Position numbers and translations under genes: made by a program
Notes under the pieces: model-generated
Database searches by the model: none
What the model saw: the letters and a program-made list of their open reading frames with translations, nothing else
What the model was told of the DNA's origin: nothing
Assembly (NCBI GenBank): GCA_951406725.2
Contig: OX597823.1
Location: forward strand, 94,488,001-94,552,000
Length of the DNA: 64,000 nt
From: Octopus vulgaris
Taxonomy: Eukaryota
Reading direction: 5' to 3'
Shown: piece by piece, positions 50,586 through 64,000 of the stretch
Layout of the letters: each line of letters starts with the position of its first letter
How positions within the stretch are numbered: the first letter of the stretch is position 1

Positions 50586-52064
50586 CTGAAACAATCATAA
50601 ATCGATGTCTGCAAGGAATTTGTGGGCTGGAAGGGAATTCCAAAGAATTAATGCTATGTAGAAGAAGGTTTGGTATGTGTGGGTAGGTGGACGGAGGCAC
50701 AGGTGTTGTTGCATGGGGCCTGGGTGGGGAGATAAAAATATTTCCTTTACATTTCCCTTTTAGTTTTTCATTTTTCTTTTTTGTTTTATTTTCTCATTTG
50801 GCTGTGGTGGTTAAGAAACTTGCTTCACAAACCATGTGGTTTGGGTTCAGTCCTACTGCGCATCACCTTGGGCAAGTGTTTTCTATCCTAACCATGGGCC
50901 AACCATGCCTTGTGAGTGAATTTGTTAGATGGAAACTGTATATGTGTGTGTGTGCATGTACATGTGCATATATGTGTGTACGTGTGTGCATGTATGCATG
51001 CATATGTGAGTGCGTGCATGCATGTGTGTGCGTATGTGTGTGTGTGCCTCTGTGTGTGCATGTACATGTGCATATGTATGTGCATGTATGTATGCATGTG
51101 TGCATATGTGTGTGTGCATGTGTTTATGTGCATGTATGCATGCGTGTGTGTGTGTGTTTGTGTGTGTGCTTGTGTGTGCATGTGTGTGAGTGCGTGTGTG
51201 TGTGAGAGTGTGTGTGCAGCATGTGTTTATATGTGCATGTATGCATGCGTGTGTGTGTGTGTGTTGTGTGTGTGTGCATGTGTTTATGTCTGTGTGTGTG
51301 TGTGTGCATGTGTTTACATGTGTGTAAATATGTGTGTGCATGTGTTTATGCATGTATGCATGTGTGTGCATATGTGTGTGCGTGTATTTATGTCTGTGTG
51401 TGTGTGTGTGTGTGTGTGTCATGTGTGTGTTTATCTCTCCCCCCTCACTGCTTGACAATCAGTGATTTGTTTACATCCATGTAACTTAGTAGCTCAGCAA
51501 CAGAGATAGAAAAAAAAAAACTGGGGCTGATGTGTTTGACTAAAACCCTTCAAAGCAGTGCTCCAGTATGGCCTCAGTCCAATAATTGAAACTAATAAAA
51601 GTTAAGATTAAACATTTCTGCTACTGCTGCCACTGCTACCTCTTTGGTACTCTTGCTGCCTTCCATGATATTCTCTCCCAGCACCAAAATTGGTGACTGC
51701 AGTTCCTTTATTCTTCATTCAATTACACCTTTTTTCAATGCTAAAATTCTTTCTTTTTATGAGCCAATCAGCGAAGGTTGCTAGAAATAGCAACCAAATT
51801 TGCCTTCGAACCACACTCTGCCTCCTTAAAAAGGGAATGAGACATTAGACTATGTAGTCCTAGATATATTATGACTTAAAAATATAAGTAATTATAACTT
51901 AACCATTTAGCATTCAAACTGGCCATATCTGGCCTCTCACACCTACCCTACAATGCCATTCTAAAACTATACAATCTCATCATCGAAATCTTGAAGCTAC
52001 AACATTATGCATAATTAATTAAAAGCAATGTGAATAACCGAGCATTACATTTGATAGCCTAATC

Positions 52065-53700
52065 CAGTGTTTCCCAAACCTTTCACGCCAAATTGCAATA
52101 TCACCCACCTATCAGTCAAAAAATGCTCCATCATCCACCTGCATAAAAAAAAATCCCTGGTGTAATCGACTGCATCAACCTCAAATGGGTTACTATACCA
52201 GATTGGAATATTCTTGAAATCGCTCCGCTATGTTATAGTGCGATGATTGTAAATAGTTGCGATATGTAGTTAAATCCTCACCAACCAATTTGTCTTTCAA
52301 AGAATAAAGGTGTGGAAATTGATGGAATTTATGTTTTGAAATGTTGGTCTCATACAACACCAATTTCGAAATAGAGGTAGTGATAAATGATTTACAATCA
52401 AAGAGAGTTTTTCTGTTCCCTTGCTATAACTTATTCAAATCATTTAATTTTGTAAATATATCACAAAGAAAAGAGATACAGCACGTTGCAGCCATCAATG
52501 AAGCGGAGAGCGGAGTATTTTCAAAGAAAGATATGATTATATGAAACAGTTCAACAAAACGTGAAACACAGTTTCCTTTTAGCAGCCACCACACTTTGGT
52601 ATAGTATAAGAGTTCAGTATTGTCCTCATCATTTCTCAGAGTTGATGGAAAATTCGATCAGACAAGGGACTGGACTTCAATTTGTTCAGTCATGTAGAGC
52701 ATCATTCAATCTACTGTTCATATTATTTGCCACTAAATGCTGTGGTGTCCCAAGCAACAGTTAGTATCTGGTAGGAAATTTCACGCTTTAGGAGAGATGA
52801 AAAACCTTTGTATCTTCCTACCATCGAAAGGGCTCCATCAGATGCACAGGTAAGAATATTACTAAGTGGGATATTATGTTCAAAAAGGAAAGACTTGAGA
52901 GTGTGAAAAATGGTTGCACCTTTTGAATCAAGTGGCAATTTCTCTGTGAACAGCATTTCCTCACAAGGTTGAAGGTCTTCGCTGAAAAACCGAACATATA
53001 CCATCATCAAACATTGATTGTCCACAACAGTTGACTCATCTACTTGTATAGAAAATTCCAAATGCTGAAGAATATTAATGAGCTGACATTTGACATCATT
53101 GGCCATTTCATTGATGCATCAAGAAATTGTGTTTTTAATATAACGGTTGACAAAACCTCTTTGATGACCGAGTGAAGTAATGATTCTCCAATTGTGTGAG
53201 ACTTCCCAGACTTAGCAACAAGCAATACAATGTTGTATGATGCAATCAACCTATCATTCTCCTGTTTACTAGTTTCCTGGAGTAGCGTGTTGAATGTTTG
53301 TATTTGCCTTTTCAAAAAAGGAGCTCAGTTGCAAAAAGTATGATAACGGCTTGTCCTTCTTATCAGAACGCTTTACATCAAAGTGATACTTCAAGTATTA
53401 AGGCGGCGAGCTGGCAGAAACGTTAGCACGCCGGGCGAAATGCGTAGTCGTATTTCGTCTGCCGTTACATTCTGAGTTCAAATTCCGCGAGGTCGACTTT
53501 GCCTTTCATCCTTTCGGGGTCAATAAATTAAGTACCAGTTGCGCACTGGGGTCGATGTAATCGACTTAATTCGTTTGTCTGTCCTTGTTTGTTCCCTCTG
53601 TGTTTAGCCCCTTGTGGGTAGTAAAGAAATAGATACTTCAAGTATTCATTGCTTCGTTGGTCAATGTTTGATGGCAAAAAGGCACATTGATAATGACAGT
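52065..53700 (-). mobile_element. Decayed hAT (Buster/Charlie, ZBED5/SCAND3-like) transposon
   Basis: TIR CAGTGTTTCCCAAACC at 52065; peptides CHQTLTNEAM, IASYNIVLLVAKSGKSHTIGESL, FSIQVDESTV, ASDGALSMVGRYKGF and LCDIFTKLNDLN; frameshifted and interrupted by a SINE. Confidence 0.9.
53400..53631 (+). mobile_element. Young family B SINE with a perfect 15-bp TSD
   Basis: GATACTTCAAGTATT at 53385-53399 and 53632-53646; CpGs intact. Confidence 0.92.
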
Positions 53701-54909
53701 TCTGAGGAGAGGGAATAAATCCAAATGATAAATAAGCACTACTGTACTGTCGACAAATACTATAGCCTCAAGCCAACCAAAGCCCTTGAGAGTGGATTCG
53801 GTAGGTGGAAACTGAATGAAGCCCATTATGTGTGTGTCATTGTCTGTGTTTATCTCCCACCATTGCTTGACAATCAGTGATGGTGTGTTTACACCACTGT
53901 AACTTAGTGGTTCAGCAAAAGAGACCAATACAATAAGTACCAGGCTTTAAAGAGTAAGTCCTGGGGTTGGTTCATTCGACTAAAATTCTTCAAGGTGGTG
54001 CCCCAGCATGGCCACAGTCTAGTGACTGAAACAAGTAAAATATGCATTTACCATTTCTTGGTTGTTGTTTTGTGAGGCGGAACCATAAAAATGACAATTT
54101 ATTTTATTTTATTTCATTTTATCTGATTTTATTTATTTTATTTTATCTGATTTTGACAGCTGAGAGTTATTTTCACCAGAAAGCATTCGATAATCAATCA
54201 CTGGTTTATCGATGGGAAACAACATTAATATCAATTCGTTATGTTTAAGTTTTTTGAAGAAATTGCAGACGTTTTATTGGAGAAAAGTAATATTTATCTT
54301 TAAAGCAGTCTCTAGGTTGTTGTTGTTCTTGGTGTTGTTGTTGTTGTTTGTGATGGTGGTGGTGGTGGTGCTGGTCCTGCTGGTGTTGGTATTGTTTTTG
54401 TCTTCTACTTCTTCTTCCAATCAGGACTCACGCCGTTAGCCACAAAGAATAATCTCTAATTCGAGCCTACTCTAAGCTATTAAGAATGTGTGCGGCACCT
54501 TGAAGATCCACCCACCACATGCGATAGACTGGTGGTTGTACGGGCACAAAAGCTACGTTGTTATCGTCATTTCGTAAACGGTAGCTTTTAACGGGTGGAG
54601 AGCTGAACCATCCTGGGGTACAGAGGATTCGCAATCTAGACTAGGGTCTGAAAGTTTACCACACCATAGTGGGTCACACCATGGTTCCTCTGCTTTGTGG
54701 CAGAAGTAGGAAGAAAGAGTGAGAGAAAGTTGTAGTTAAAGAGTACAGTGGGGTTCCTCACCACACCCTGCCAGAGCCTCGTGGAGCTTAGGTGTTTTTG
54801 CTCAATAAACACTCACAATGCCTGGTTGGTGAATCAAAACCACATTCTTACGACTGCGAGTCCACTGCCCTCACCACTGGGCCATTGTGCTTCCACTGTT
54901 GTTGGTGGT

Positions 54910-55222
54910 GGTGGTGCTTAAAGTCAGATTTGCACTGACGGAGTGTAACACAGGACCAAAGACATTACAGCTATGACCAAACCTCTCTAATTTCTATATC
55001 AGGGTCTACACAGTCCGATGTATCCTTTCATTTAAGATGGTAGGTTGTGATTTGAGGGGATTCAATGGTGGTGCTTAAAGTCAGATTTGCACTGACGGAG
55101 TGTAACACAGGACCAAAGACGTTCCAGCCATGACCAAACATCTCTTATTTCTATATCAGGGTCTACACTGTCCGATGTATCCTTTCGTTTAAGATGGTAG
55201 GTTGTGATTTGAGGGGATTCAA
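54910..55222. repeat. ~157-bp direct tandem duplication within an interspersed repeat
   Basis: gcttaaagtcagatttgcactgacggag...gaggggattcaa at 54916 and 55073. Confidence 0.9.
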
Positions 55223-55505
55223 CTGCTATTTCTAGCAAGTCCAACAGCCAAGCAGAAGCTACCTGTTGGTGAGGAGGAAGAGGTGATGGTAATAATGATG
55301 ATGGTGGAGACAGTGGTATTGATAGTAGTAATAGTGGTGGTAGTGAAAGTGGTGGTGGTAGTAGTAGTGGTGGTGGTGGTGGTGGTGGTGGTAGTAATGG
55401 TACTGCTGCTGTTGTTGTTATTGGTGGTGGTAGTAGAGTTAGTAGTAGTAGTAGTAGTAGTAGTAGAATTGGTGGTGGTGGTGGTGGTGATGGTGGTAGT
55501 GGAGT

Positions 55506-55545
<40 letters not shown>

Positions 55546-57524
55546 TGTAGTAGTAGTAGTAGTAGCAACAGCTTCCCTCACCCCATCCCCACCTGACGTT
55601 CGACAGCTACCAGTTGAAGTTACTTCAACTACAAATCCCAGCCATGTCAGTGATATCTATCCTCTCATCAGGGGCTTTTTTGTGGGGAGGAAGAGAAGAT
55701 CTGGAAATTTTTGCAATAATCTTTAAAGAGAATTTTTCAGAGCTGCTGACATTTATTTCTTCTATTCATCATGGAACAGTTCTTGCAGAGATATTGACAT
55801 TTGAAAAACACAGTTCTTGTTTTATTCTCAAGACATACTTTGCCCAACGGCATCAAATTTATTTTCGCAATATCTTCGTCAGTGAAAGACTCCAGGTTTC
55901 CAGCTATCAATTTCAACATCATAAAGCTGGAAAATAAATCGTTTTTAAATGGTGGAATTCCTCGTATATAAATAATTCTTCTCACTAAAAGTACAAGGCC
56001 TGAATTTCCGAGGGGAGTTGGTAGTTGATTATATTGACCCCTAGTATTCGATTGGGGCTTGTTTCATCAACACCGAAAATATGATAGGAAAAGTCGATCT
56101 TAGTGAAATTCAAACGCAGAACATTAAACCAGGAGAAATACCTATTTCTTTACTAACCACAAGGGGCTACACACAGAGGAGACAAACAAGGACAGACAAA
56201 TGGATTAAGTCGATTACATTGACCCCGGTGCGTAACTGGTACTTAATTTACCGACCCCGAAAGGATGAAAGGCAAAGTCAACCTCAGCGGAATTTGAACT
56301 CAGAACATAGTGGTAGGCAAAATACCACTAAGCATTTCACCAGGCGTGCTAACATTTCTGCCAGTTCACCACCTTACCAGGAGAAATACTGCTCAGCACT
56401 GTGATTTGCACACTAACGATTCTGGAAGTTTGGTGCTAACGAAGCTATGAATAACAGCATCAAGAATGATTGGTTTACAAAAAGCCTTGGATGGAAAATG
56501 TTGAGAGATTTCATAAAGGAGTAGGAGTTCTGGGTTCAGTCCCACTGTGTGGCACCATGGGCAAGTGTCTTCTGCTATAGCCTCAGGCCGACCAAAGCCT
56601 TGTGAGTGGATTTGGTAGACGGAAACTGAAAGAAGCTCATCGTATATATATATATATATATAAATGTGTGTGTGTGTGTGTAAGAGTGTTTGTGTTTGTC
56701 ACCACCACCACCACCATCGCTTGACAATCAATGCTGGTATGTTTACCTCCCCCTAACTTAGCAGTCCCTGGGGTTGATTTGTTCAACTAAAGGTGGTTGC
56801 ATGGCCGCAATCAAATGACTGAAAGAAATAAAAGAATATCATTTTCATTGGAAATGAGTACATTGACCCCAGTACATAGCTGGTTGTATTTTATGGACCC
56901 TGAAATACTTAGCAGCACTTCAGCTGTCTCTACTTTCTGAGTTCAAATTCTGCCAAGGTCCACTTTCCTGGGGTCAATAAAATAAGTACCAGTTGAGCAC
57001 TGGGGTTGATGTAATTAATTTACCTGCTACTCTGATATTGCTGGCCTTGTGCCAAAATTTGAAACCAATATTAACCACTACATCCTAAAAACAAACTGGC
57101 TTTATGAATGGATGATTTCCTTAGCGATGCAGACACTACTTTCTGTCAGACACAGCCTTAATTCTTATTCTTGAGGCTGGAATCGTTTGTGTTGACATTG
57201 TTTAATGAGATGTCTCTTGTATTTTAATTAAAGCTATATTTGAAAACAATGCAAATAGGCTCGTTAAGCAGAGACCTATTGACTGAATATATTTACATAA
57301 TCAAGATTTAATTATTTATACAGCCAGGCTAGCTATAGAAATAAATACAGGTGTGGGTGTCTCGTTAAGAAGATTGCTTCCCAACTAAGTGGTCCCATGT
57401 TCAGACCCAGTGCTCATTACCTTGGCTAAGTGTCTTCTACTATAGCCCTTGGCCAACTAAAGCCTTGTAAGCAGATTTTGTAAACAGAAACTGCGTGGAA
57501 GGCTGTCGTATTTATTTATATATG

Positions 57525-58047
57525 TCATCATCAGCATCATCATCGTTTAATGTCCGTTTTCCATGCTGGCATGGGTTGAATGGTTTGACTGGGGTCTGGG
57601 AAGCCAGGAGGCTGCACCAGGCTCCAGTCTGATCTGGCAGTGTTTCTACAGCTGGATGCCCTTCCTAACGCCAACTACTCCGTGAGTGTAGTGGGTGCTT
57701 TTTACATGCCACTGGCACAGGTGCCAGGGGAGGCTGGCAGCATTGGGCCTCATGGAGGCAGTGACAGGTGACCTAGACTCTTGGCGATGTACCATGCTTG
57801 TGTTCACCTGTCAAGCCAAGTGAGACCATAGTCATGACCAATGCTAGTGTCAGATCAATGGCACCTGTGCCAGTGGCACTTAAAAGCACTTTCAGAGTAG
57901 TTGGTGTTAGGAAGGGCATTCAGCCATAGACACCTTGCCAAAACAGATTGGAACCTGGTGCATCCCCCTAGTTTACCAGATTTTAGTCAAACCATCCAAC
58001 CCATGCCAGCATGAAAAACAGACATTAAATGATGATGATGATGACGA
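57525..58047. mobile_element. Two RTE 3' ends in inverted orientation
   Basis: Minus copy 57525-57740 and plus copy about 57750-58047, with tails pointing outward. Confidence 0.8.
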
Positions 58048-58365
58048 TTATAAATAAATAAATATATATATATTACGTCACAGTAATCGTGATTAGAAAT
58101 CATCAAAAAATTTGTCCATGACTCTTCCACTTTTTCTCGTCTTCTTTTTACCTTTCTTCTTCTACTTTCACTTTTCTTCTTTTGTCGCCACTATTTTTCC
58201 TCCGTCTTCCCTTCCTTGGACCTTTTCTTTTCCTATATTTCTGACAAAGAGCTCCGCTTGAAACGTTAAATCCTCCTTCTTTCTTTCCTTTCCTGAGCAT
58301 CCAATAACACTATACTTGTTCCACATCCTCAAGTTGTTGTGTTTTCTCTTTGTTCATGTTTGGAT

Positions 58366-58403
<38 letters not shown>

Positions 58404-58712
58404 TGAAGGCATGTGGCTTAGGGGCTCATGATCATAAGGTTGTGGGTTCAATTCCCAGTGATGCATTGTGTCCTTGAGCAAGACACTATTTCTCGTTGCT
58501 CCAGTCTACTCAGCTGGCAAAATACAGGAGTACTTGTATTTCAAAGGGCCAGCCTTGTCACACATTGTGTCATGCTAAGTCTCCCTAAGAACTACATTAA
58601 GGGTACACGTGTCTGTAGAGTGCTCAACCACTTGCACATTAATTTCATAAGCAAGCTGTTCCGATGATTGTATCAGCTGAGACCCTCATCATTGTAACCG
58701 ACGGAGTGATCC

Positions 58713-58743
<31 letters not shown>

Positions 58744-60254
58744 ATACATACACATGTATGTATGTATATGTATATATATATGTATGTACATATATGTGTG
58801 TGTGTGTGTATATGCATATATATCTATGTATACATACCAGAGTAAGCACATAAGGTGGAAAAAAGAGTACTCAAATACCAGAGGCAGAGTAATATGCTTC
58901 ATTTAAAAGCAGCAGAAAAATCTTGAAAACTGTTACTCAGAGTTTCACGTACCCATTCATTGGACAGTTGTGTTAGAAAACTATCTGACAAATGGGAACG
59001 TGAAACTCTGAGTAACAGTTTTTGTGATATTTCTGCTGCTTTTTAATAAAGTATATATATATGTTGATGTAGTCGTTGGTGATGGCCAATTAGAAAGGTG
59101 CCATTATTGCTCTTTGCAAACAGCTGACTCATCAGAACTGCTGGCTGGAGGTAAAAATAATCCTGGACAGCTTGGTGGTGAAAGGTAACCTAGAAATTAT
59201 TTGGAAGCAAAAACTTTTGAGAAAGACAAACTTAACTTCCTTTAAAGGGTTCTGGTTGTGTTCGAAAAGGGTCAGTTTCTTCTTTCATTCTTTCTTTTAT
59301 TCTTTTATTTGTTTCAGTCATTTGACTGCAGCCATGCTGGAGCACTGCCTTTAGTCAAGCAAATCAACCTCAGAACTTATTCTTTGTAAGCCTAGTACTT
59401 ATTCTATCAGTCTCTGTTGCTGCTAAGTGACGGGGACGTAAATACACCAGCATTGGCTATCAAGCGATGTTGTTGGGGGGGGGGATAAGCACAGACACTC
59501 AAACATATACATACATATATATATATATATATACAACAGGGTTCTTTCAGTTTCTGTCTACCGAATCTACTCACAAGGCTTTGGTCGGCCCGAGGCTATA
59601 GCAGAATACACTTGCCCAAGGTACCATGCAGTGGGACTGAACCCAGAACCATGTGGTTGGTAATCAAGCTACTTACTGCACAGTCACTTCTGTGCCATTT
59701 TCTGTTCATAACATGGAACCAAAATGGTTGAAAAACACTGGTCTATCCTTTACATTGAACATAAATACAGACCAGGCATGACTGACGGAGGGGGCTTTTG
59801 TAAATACAATACTACAGGATATGAACCTTCAATTACATTCAAATTTTACCCTTGCATTTTACATTTCACAATAGATAATTACTTCTACATGAAACTGAGG
59901 TAGACTTTGGCAAATGCTAAAATACTACAGCTTAAAGTTTCACAAACTGCAGAGAACTTAAAATAATTAAAAGGCAGGTATGTACTCAAAGCTGCAACGA
60001 ATTTCAGAAAGAGCTTCGGGGTTTATATAGCTTAGGGCCTCACCGAGTATTAATTCAAAACTGACCTTTAAGGAGAAAAGGAGAAACAAAAAGAAAAGAA
60101 AAGGAGATTATTGAATAGTATTGGAAACATTTAGAAGGTAAATAGCATATCCCTTGAAGGAGAGAAAAAAATACTATCAATCTGTTTAACTGTCTGTATG
60201 CCTATCTATCAATACATATCTCTATCAATTTTTCTTCCTCTCTACCAATCTATT

Positions 60255-60255
60255 A

Positions 60256-60326
<71 letters not shown>

Positions 60327-60514
60327 CATCTATTTATCTATCTTTTCCGATCCCTTTTGATCGGAATTTTACATTAGTTTCCTTTTTCCTTTTTCCATCT
60401 TTGAAAAGAAAAGCTCTACATTTGTATTTGTCCCCTCTGTATTTCAGCCCTGTGTGGCCAATAAAGAAAGTTATCTATCTATCTGTCTATCTATCTAGTT
60501 ATCTACCTGTCTGT

Positions 60515-60584
<70 letters not shown>

Positions 60585-61065
60585 ATTTATCTATCTATCT
60601 ATATCTATCTATCTATCTATTTATCTATCTATCTCTCATATAGATTGAGAGACGCACAGGCAGACAGATAGAAAGATAGATAGATGAAACTACCTCATCC
60701 CACCACCATTACCTCCGCATTCTTTAATTTCACCTCACTTAAACCAATTAACACCTGCACCACCACAGCCTTCTTCCCCTACCATTACCCCCAGATTAAG
60801 AGGTCACCCACAGACAAGTTACTTAACCCCTTCCATCCATCACCTTGCTTGAGTTCTTATTACCAACTACTACTACTACTACATTGTTGATTTTTTTCCT
60901 TCCTTAAGCATTTATTTACCTATCTACCCATTTATCTATTTAGATAAATAGGTAGATATTTATCTACTTGTCTATTTATCTATTTATCTATTTATCTATC
61001 TGTCTGTCCATCTATCTACCCAGCCCTGTGTAGCCATTATAAAAAGATATCTATCTATCTATCTG

Positions 61066-61124
<59 letters not shown>

Positions 61125-61153
61125 GTCTGTCTATCTATCTATCTATCTATCTG

Positions 61154-61204
<51 letters not shown>

Positions 61205-61340
61205 GTCTATCTATCTGTTTGTGTGTCAATCTATCTACTTATCTATCTATCTATCTATCAAACAATCTATATACTATATATTTATCTACCTATATATTTA
61301 TCTTTCTATCTACTTACCTATCTATCTCTCTATCTATCTA
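60255..61340. repeat. (ATCT)n microsatellite clusters
   Basis: Direct inspection. Confidence 0.95.
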
Positions 61341-61927
61341 CTTACCTATCTGTCTGTCTGTTTATCCATCTATTATTGCATTGAACTTGTGGGATTAGAG
61401 AGAGACAGACAGACAGAAAAGAGAGAGTATAAATAAAAACGTATGTGCAAGCATAAACAGATTAATAAATATTTCACCTGTTGGCATGTGTGCGTGTGTG
61501 TGTGTGTGCATGTATCTGTACTTAACCAGCCATCTCCCTCCCCCTCTCTCTCTCCCTCTCTCTCTCCCTCCTACAGATTGACCATTCTGCTATTCCCTTA
61601 TACCTCCAATCTCTTCCTCTTCACCACTGCAGTTAATCTAATCTCATTTCCCATCTTTTAATCAGCTTTATCCCAGATTATCCAGTTGGAGGTAGTTAGT
61701 AGTGTGTCATTAACCCCATCCCCGTCCCCCGTCCTCATTCACCATGGCCTCTATTTCACACTGTGCAGGCACTTTGGATCCTCTCACCTGTACCCCCCAC
61801 CCGTGCAGGCACCTTAGGTGTTCTCTTACCTGTAACACAAGGGTGAATGACCAGCTAACCATTATTCTGCAGGAATGGAAACTATTTCCTCTCTTTGTAG
61901 TGATCTGTCAGTTTTGGGACAATGTGT

Positions 61928-62435
<508 letters not shown>

Positions 62436-62650
62436 GTATTTTCTTTCCTTGATTTGTTTCAGTCATTGGACTGGCCATGCTGGGGCAATACCATGAAGGG
62501 CTTAAGTCAAACATATCAACCTCTGCTTATATTTTAAATCTTGTAGTTATTCTTTTTTCAACATTTTTTTGTTAAACCACAAAGCTACAAGGACATAAAC
62601 AAACCAACACCAATTGTCAAACACAAAGACACACACATACACACACGCAT

Positions 62651-62691
<41 letters not shown>

Positions 62692-63094
62692 CGATGGGCG
62701 TCTTTTAGTTTCTGTCTACCAAATCCACTCACAAGGCTTTGGTCGGCCCGAGGCTATAGTAGAAGACACTTGCCCAAGGTGCCACACAGTGGGACTGAAC
62801 ACGTGGTTACAAAGCAAGCTTCTTACCACACAGCCACTCCTCTGCCTATAGGTATTCACATATATATGTGAATGTTTTTACACGTGTGAGGTCGTTGCCA
62901 GTACTGCCTGACTGGCCCCCGTGCCGGTGGCACGTGAAAGCACCCACTATGCTCTCGGAGTGGTTGGCATTAGGAAGGGCATCCAGCTGTAGAAACTCTG
63001 CCAGATCAAGATTGGAGCCTGGTGTAGCCACCTGGTTCGCCAGCCCTCAGTCAAATCGTCCAACCCATGCTAGCATGGAAAGCGGACGCTAAAC

Positions 63095-63134
<40 letters not shown>

Positions 63135-63136
<2 letters not shown>

Positions 63137-63586
63137 ATGTTTGACTTTTGCTTCGTATTTGTACAAGTTGGCTCCAAGTCTCACCCAGAGACCTCAAGAG
63201 ACAAGTTGGAAGTTCATGTTGGTGTTATGCCTAGGGTGCCATATATTTGGTTTTGTACATAGTGTTGCTCTGGAGAATGTTTAAGAAACCATGAGAAAAT
63301 TATATTTGTTTTAAAATTTGAGATTACATAGAAAGTATTTTACATAGGATATGGGCAGTTCCCATGAGCACTATCTTTGGAATTTCTATCATTTTGGGGT
63401 TTCCTAGTATCTGAGCTAGGTAGCAATCAGCCCCTTTTGCTATCATTCCTAGGGCACCTACGAAAACAGGTATTGTTTTAGTCTCAAGGTTCCACATTTT
63501 GCTAATTTCTATTTCAAGATCTTTATACTTGCTCAGTTTTTGGTAGGTCTTGACAGATACATTTATATTGATTGAGAGAGACATCA
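63135..63586 (-). mobile_element. R4/Dong-like RLE non-LTR retrotransposon 3' fragment
   Basis: KTYQKLSKYKDLEIEISKMWNLETKTIPVFVGALG...KIVLMGTAHILCKILS* (R4-clade RLE C-terminus); 5' junction on (TAA)n. Confidence 0.85.
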
Positions 63587-63634
<48 letters not shown>

Positions 63635-63849
63635 TTGACCAGGCTCCCATGGTTTTTATGGGTTTTTCCACGAGTAACCTTTCAATACGCCTCTCCTATT
63701 GGGAGTTCTTTCTAGCTGTTTTATTTTTCGCAATTATTTTAATGTTTACACGGACCTTTCTTTTTCGCAAAACCCTTTATATTTTTCATCCTGTGTTTGT
63801 CCTTACATGTTTTTGATTTATGTTAGCCCTTGTGGCCAATAAAACCAGA

Positions 63850-63895
<46 letters not shown>

Positions 63896-64000
63896 GAGTG
63901 AGAGAGCAGTTCATGCCATCAAAGTGACACTGGGGTAAAATATACGAAGCCCAATATACCCATCATGACTACTCGTCTGATAAGGGTACACCAGGCACAT

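Noticed and set aside
52723-53315. Domesticated ZBED5/SCAND3-like host gene
   Set aside because: Frameshifts, stops, a SINE insertion and a retained TIR indicate a dead transposon.
52065-59740. One 7.7-kb hAT element bounded by TIRs at 52065 and 59726-59740
   Set aside because: The flanking 8-mers (gcctaatc / gtctatcc) match only 5/8, and the intervening sequence shows no continuity.

Overview
AT-rich, microsatellite-saturated eukaryotic DNA, almost certainly intronic or intergenic. The SINE, LINE and microsatellite content points to an octopus (coleoid cephalopod) genome; that is inference. No intact gene is evident. Nearly all ORFs in the track are microsatellite or repeat artefacts, and only one plausible unique-sequence exon (50406-50585, minus) stands out. 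Most of the window is decayed mobile elements: about 25 copies of a CORE-type tRNA SINE, three other tRNA SINE families, about 18 3' ends of an RTE LINE, BovB-like RTE, CR1, three restriction-like-endonuclease (RLE) retrotransposons, a Penelope GIY-YIG fragment, three mariners, a hAT (Buster/Charlie) transposase, a piggyBac with its empty site nearby, and Helitrons. Most notable are at least six distinct short repeat families carrying minimal type I hammerhead ribozyme motifs (CUGANGA-stemII-GAAA-short or palindromic stem III-NUH). Most sit in (TA)n tracts; one family occurs as head-to-head palindromes, one as a partial tandem, and one lies behind a tRNA-like Pol III head. Also notable is an 18-copy 59-bp array whose units fold into a bulged hairpin. 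Folding was done by eye and repeat boundaries are approximate.
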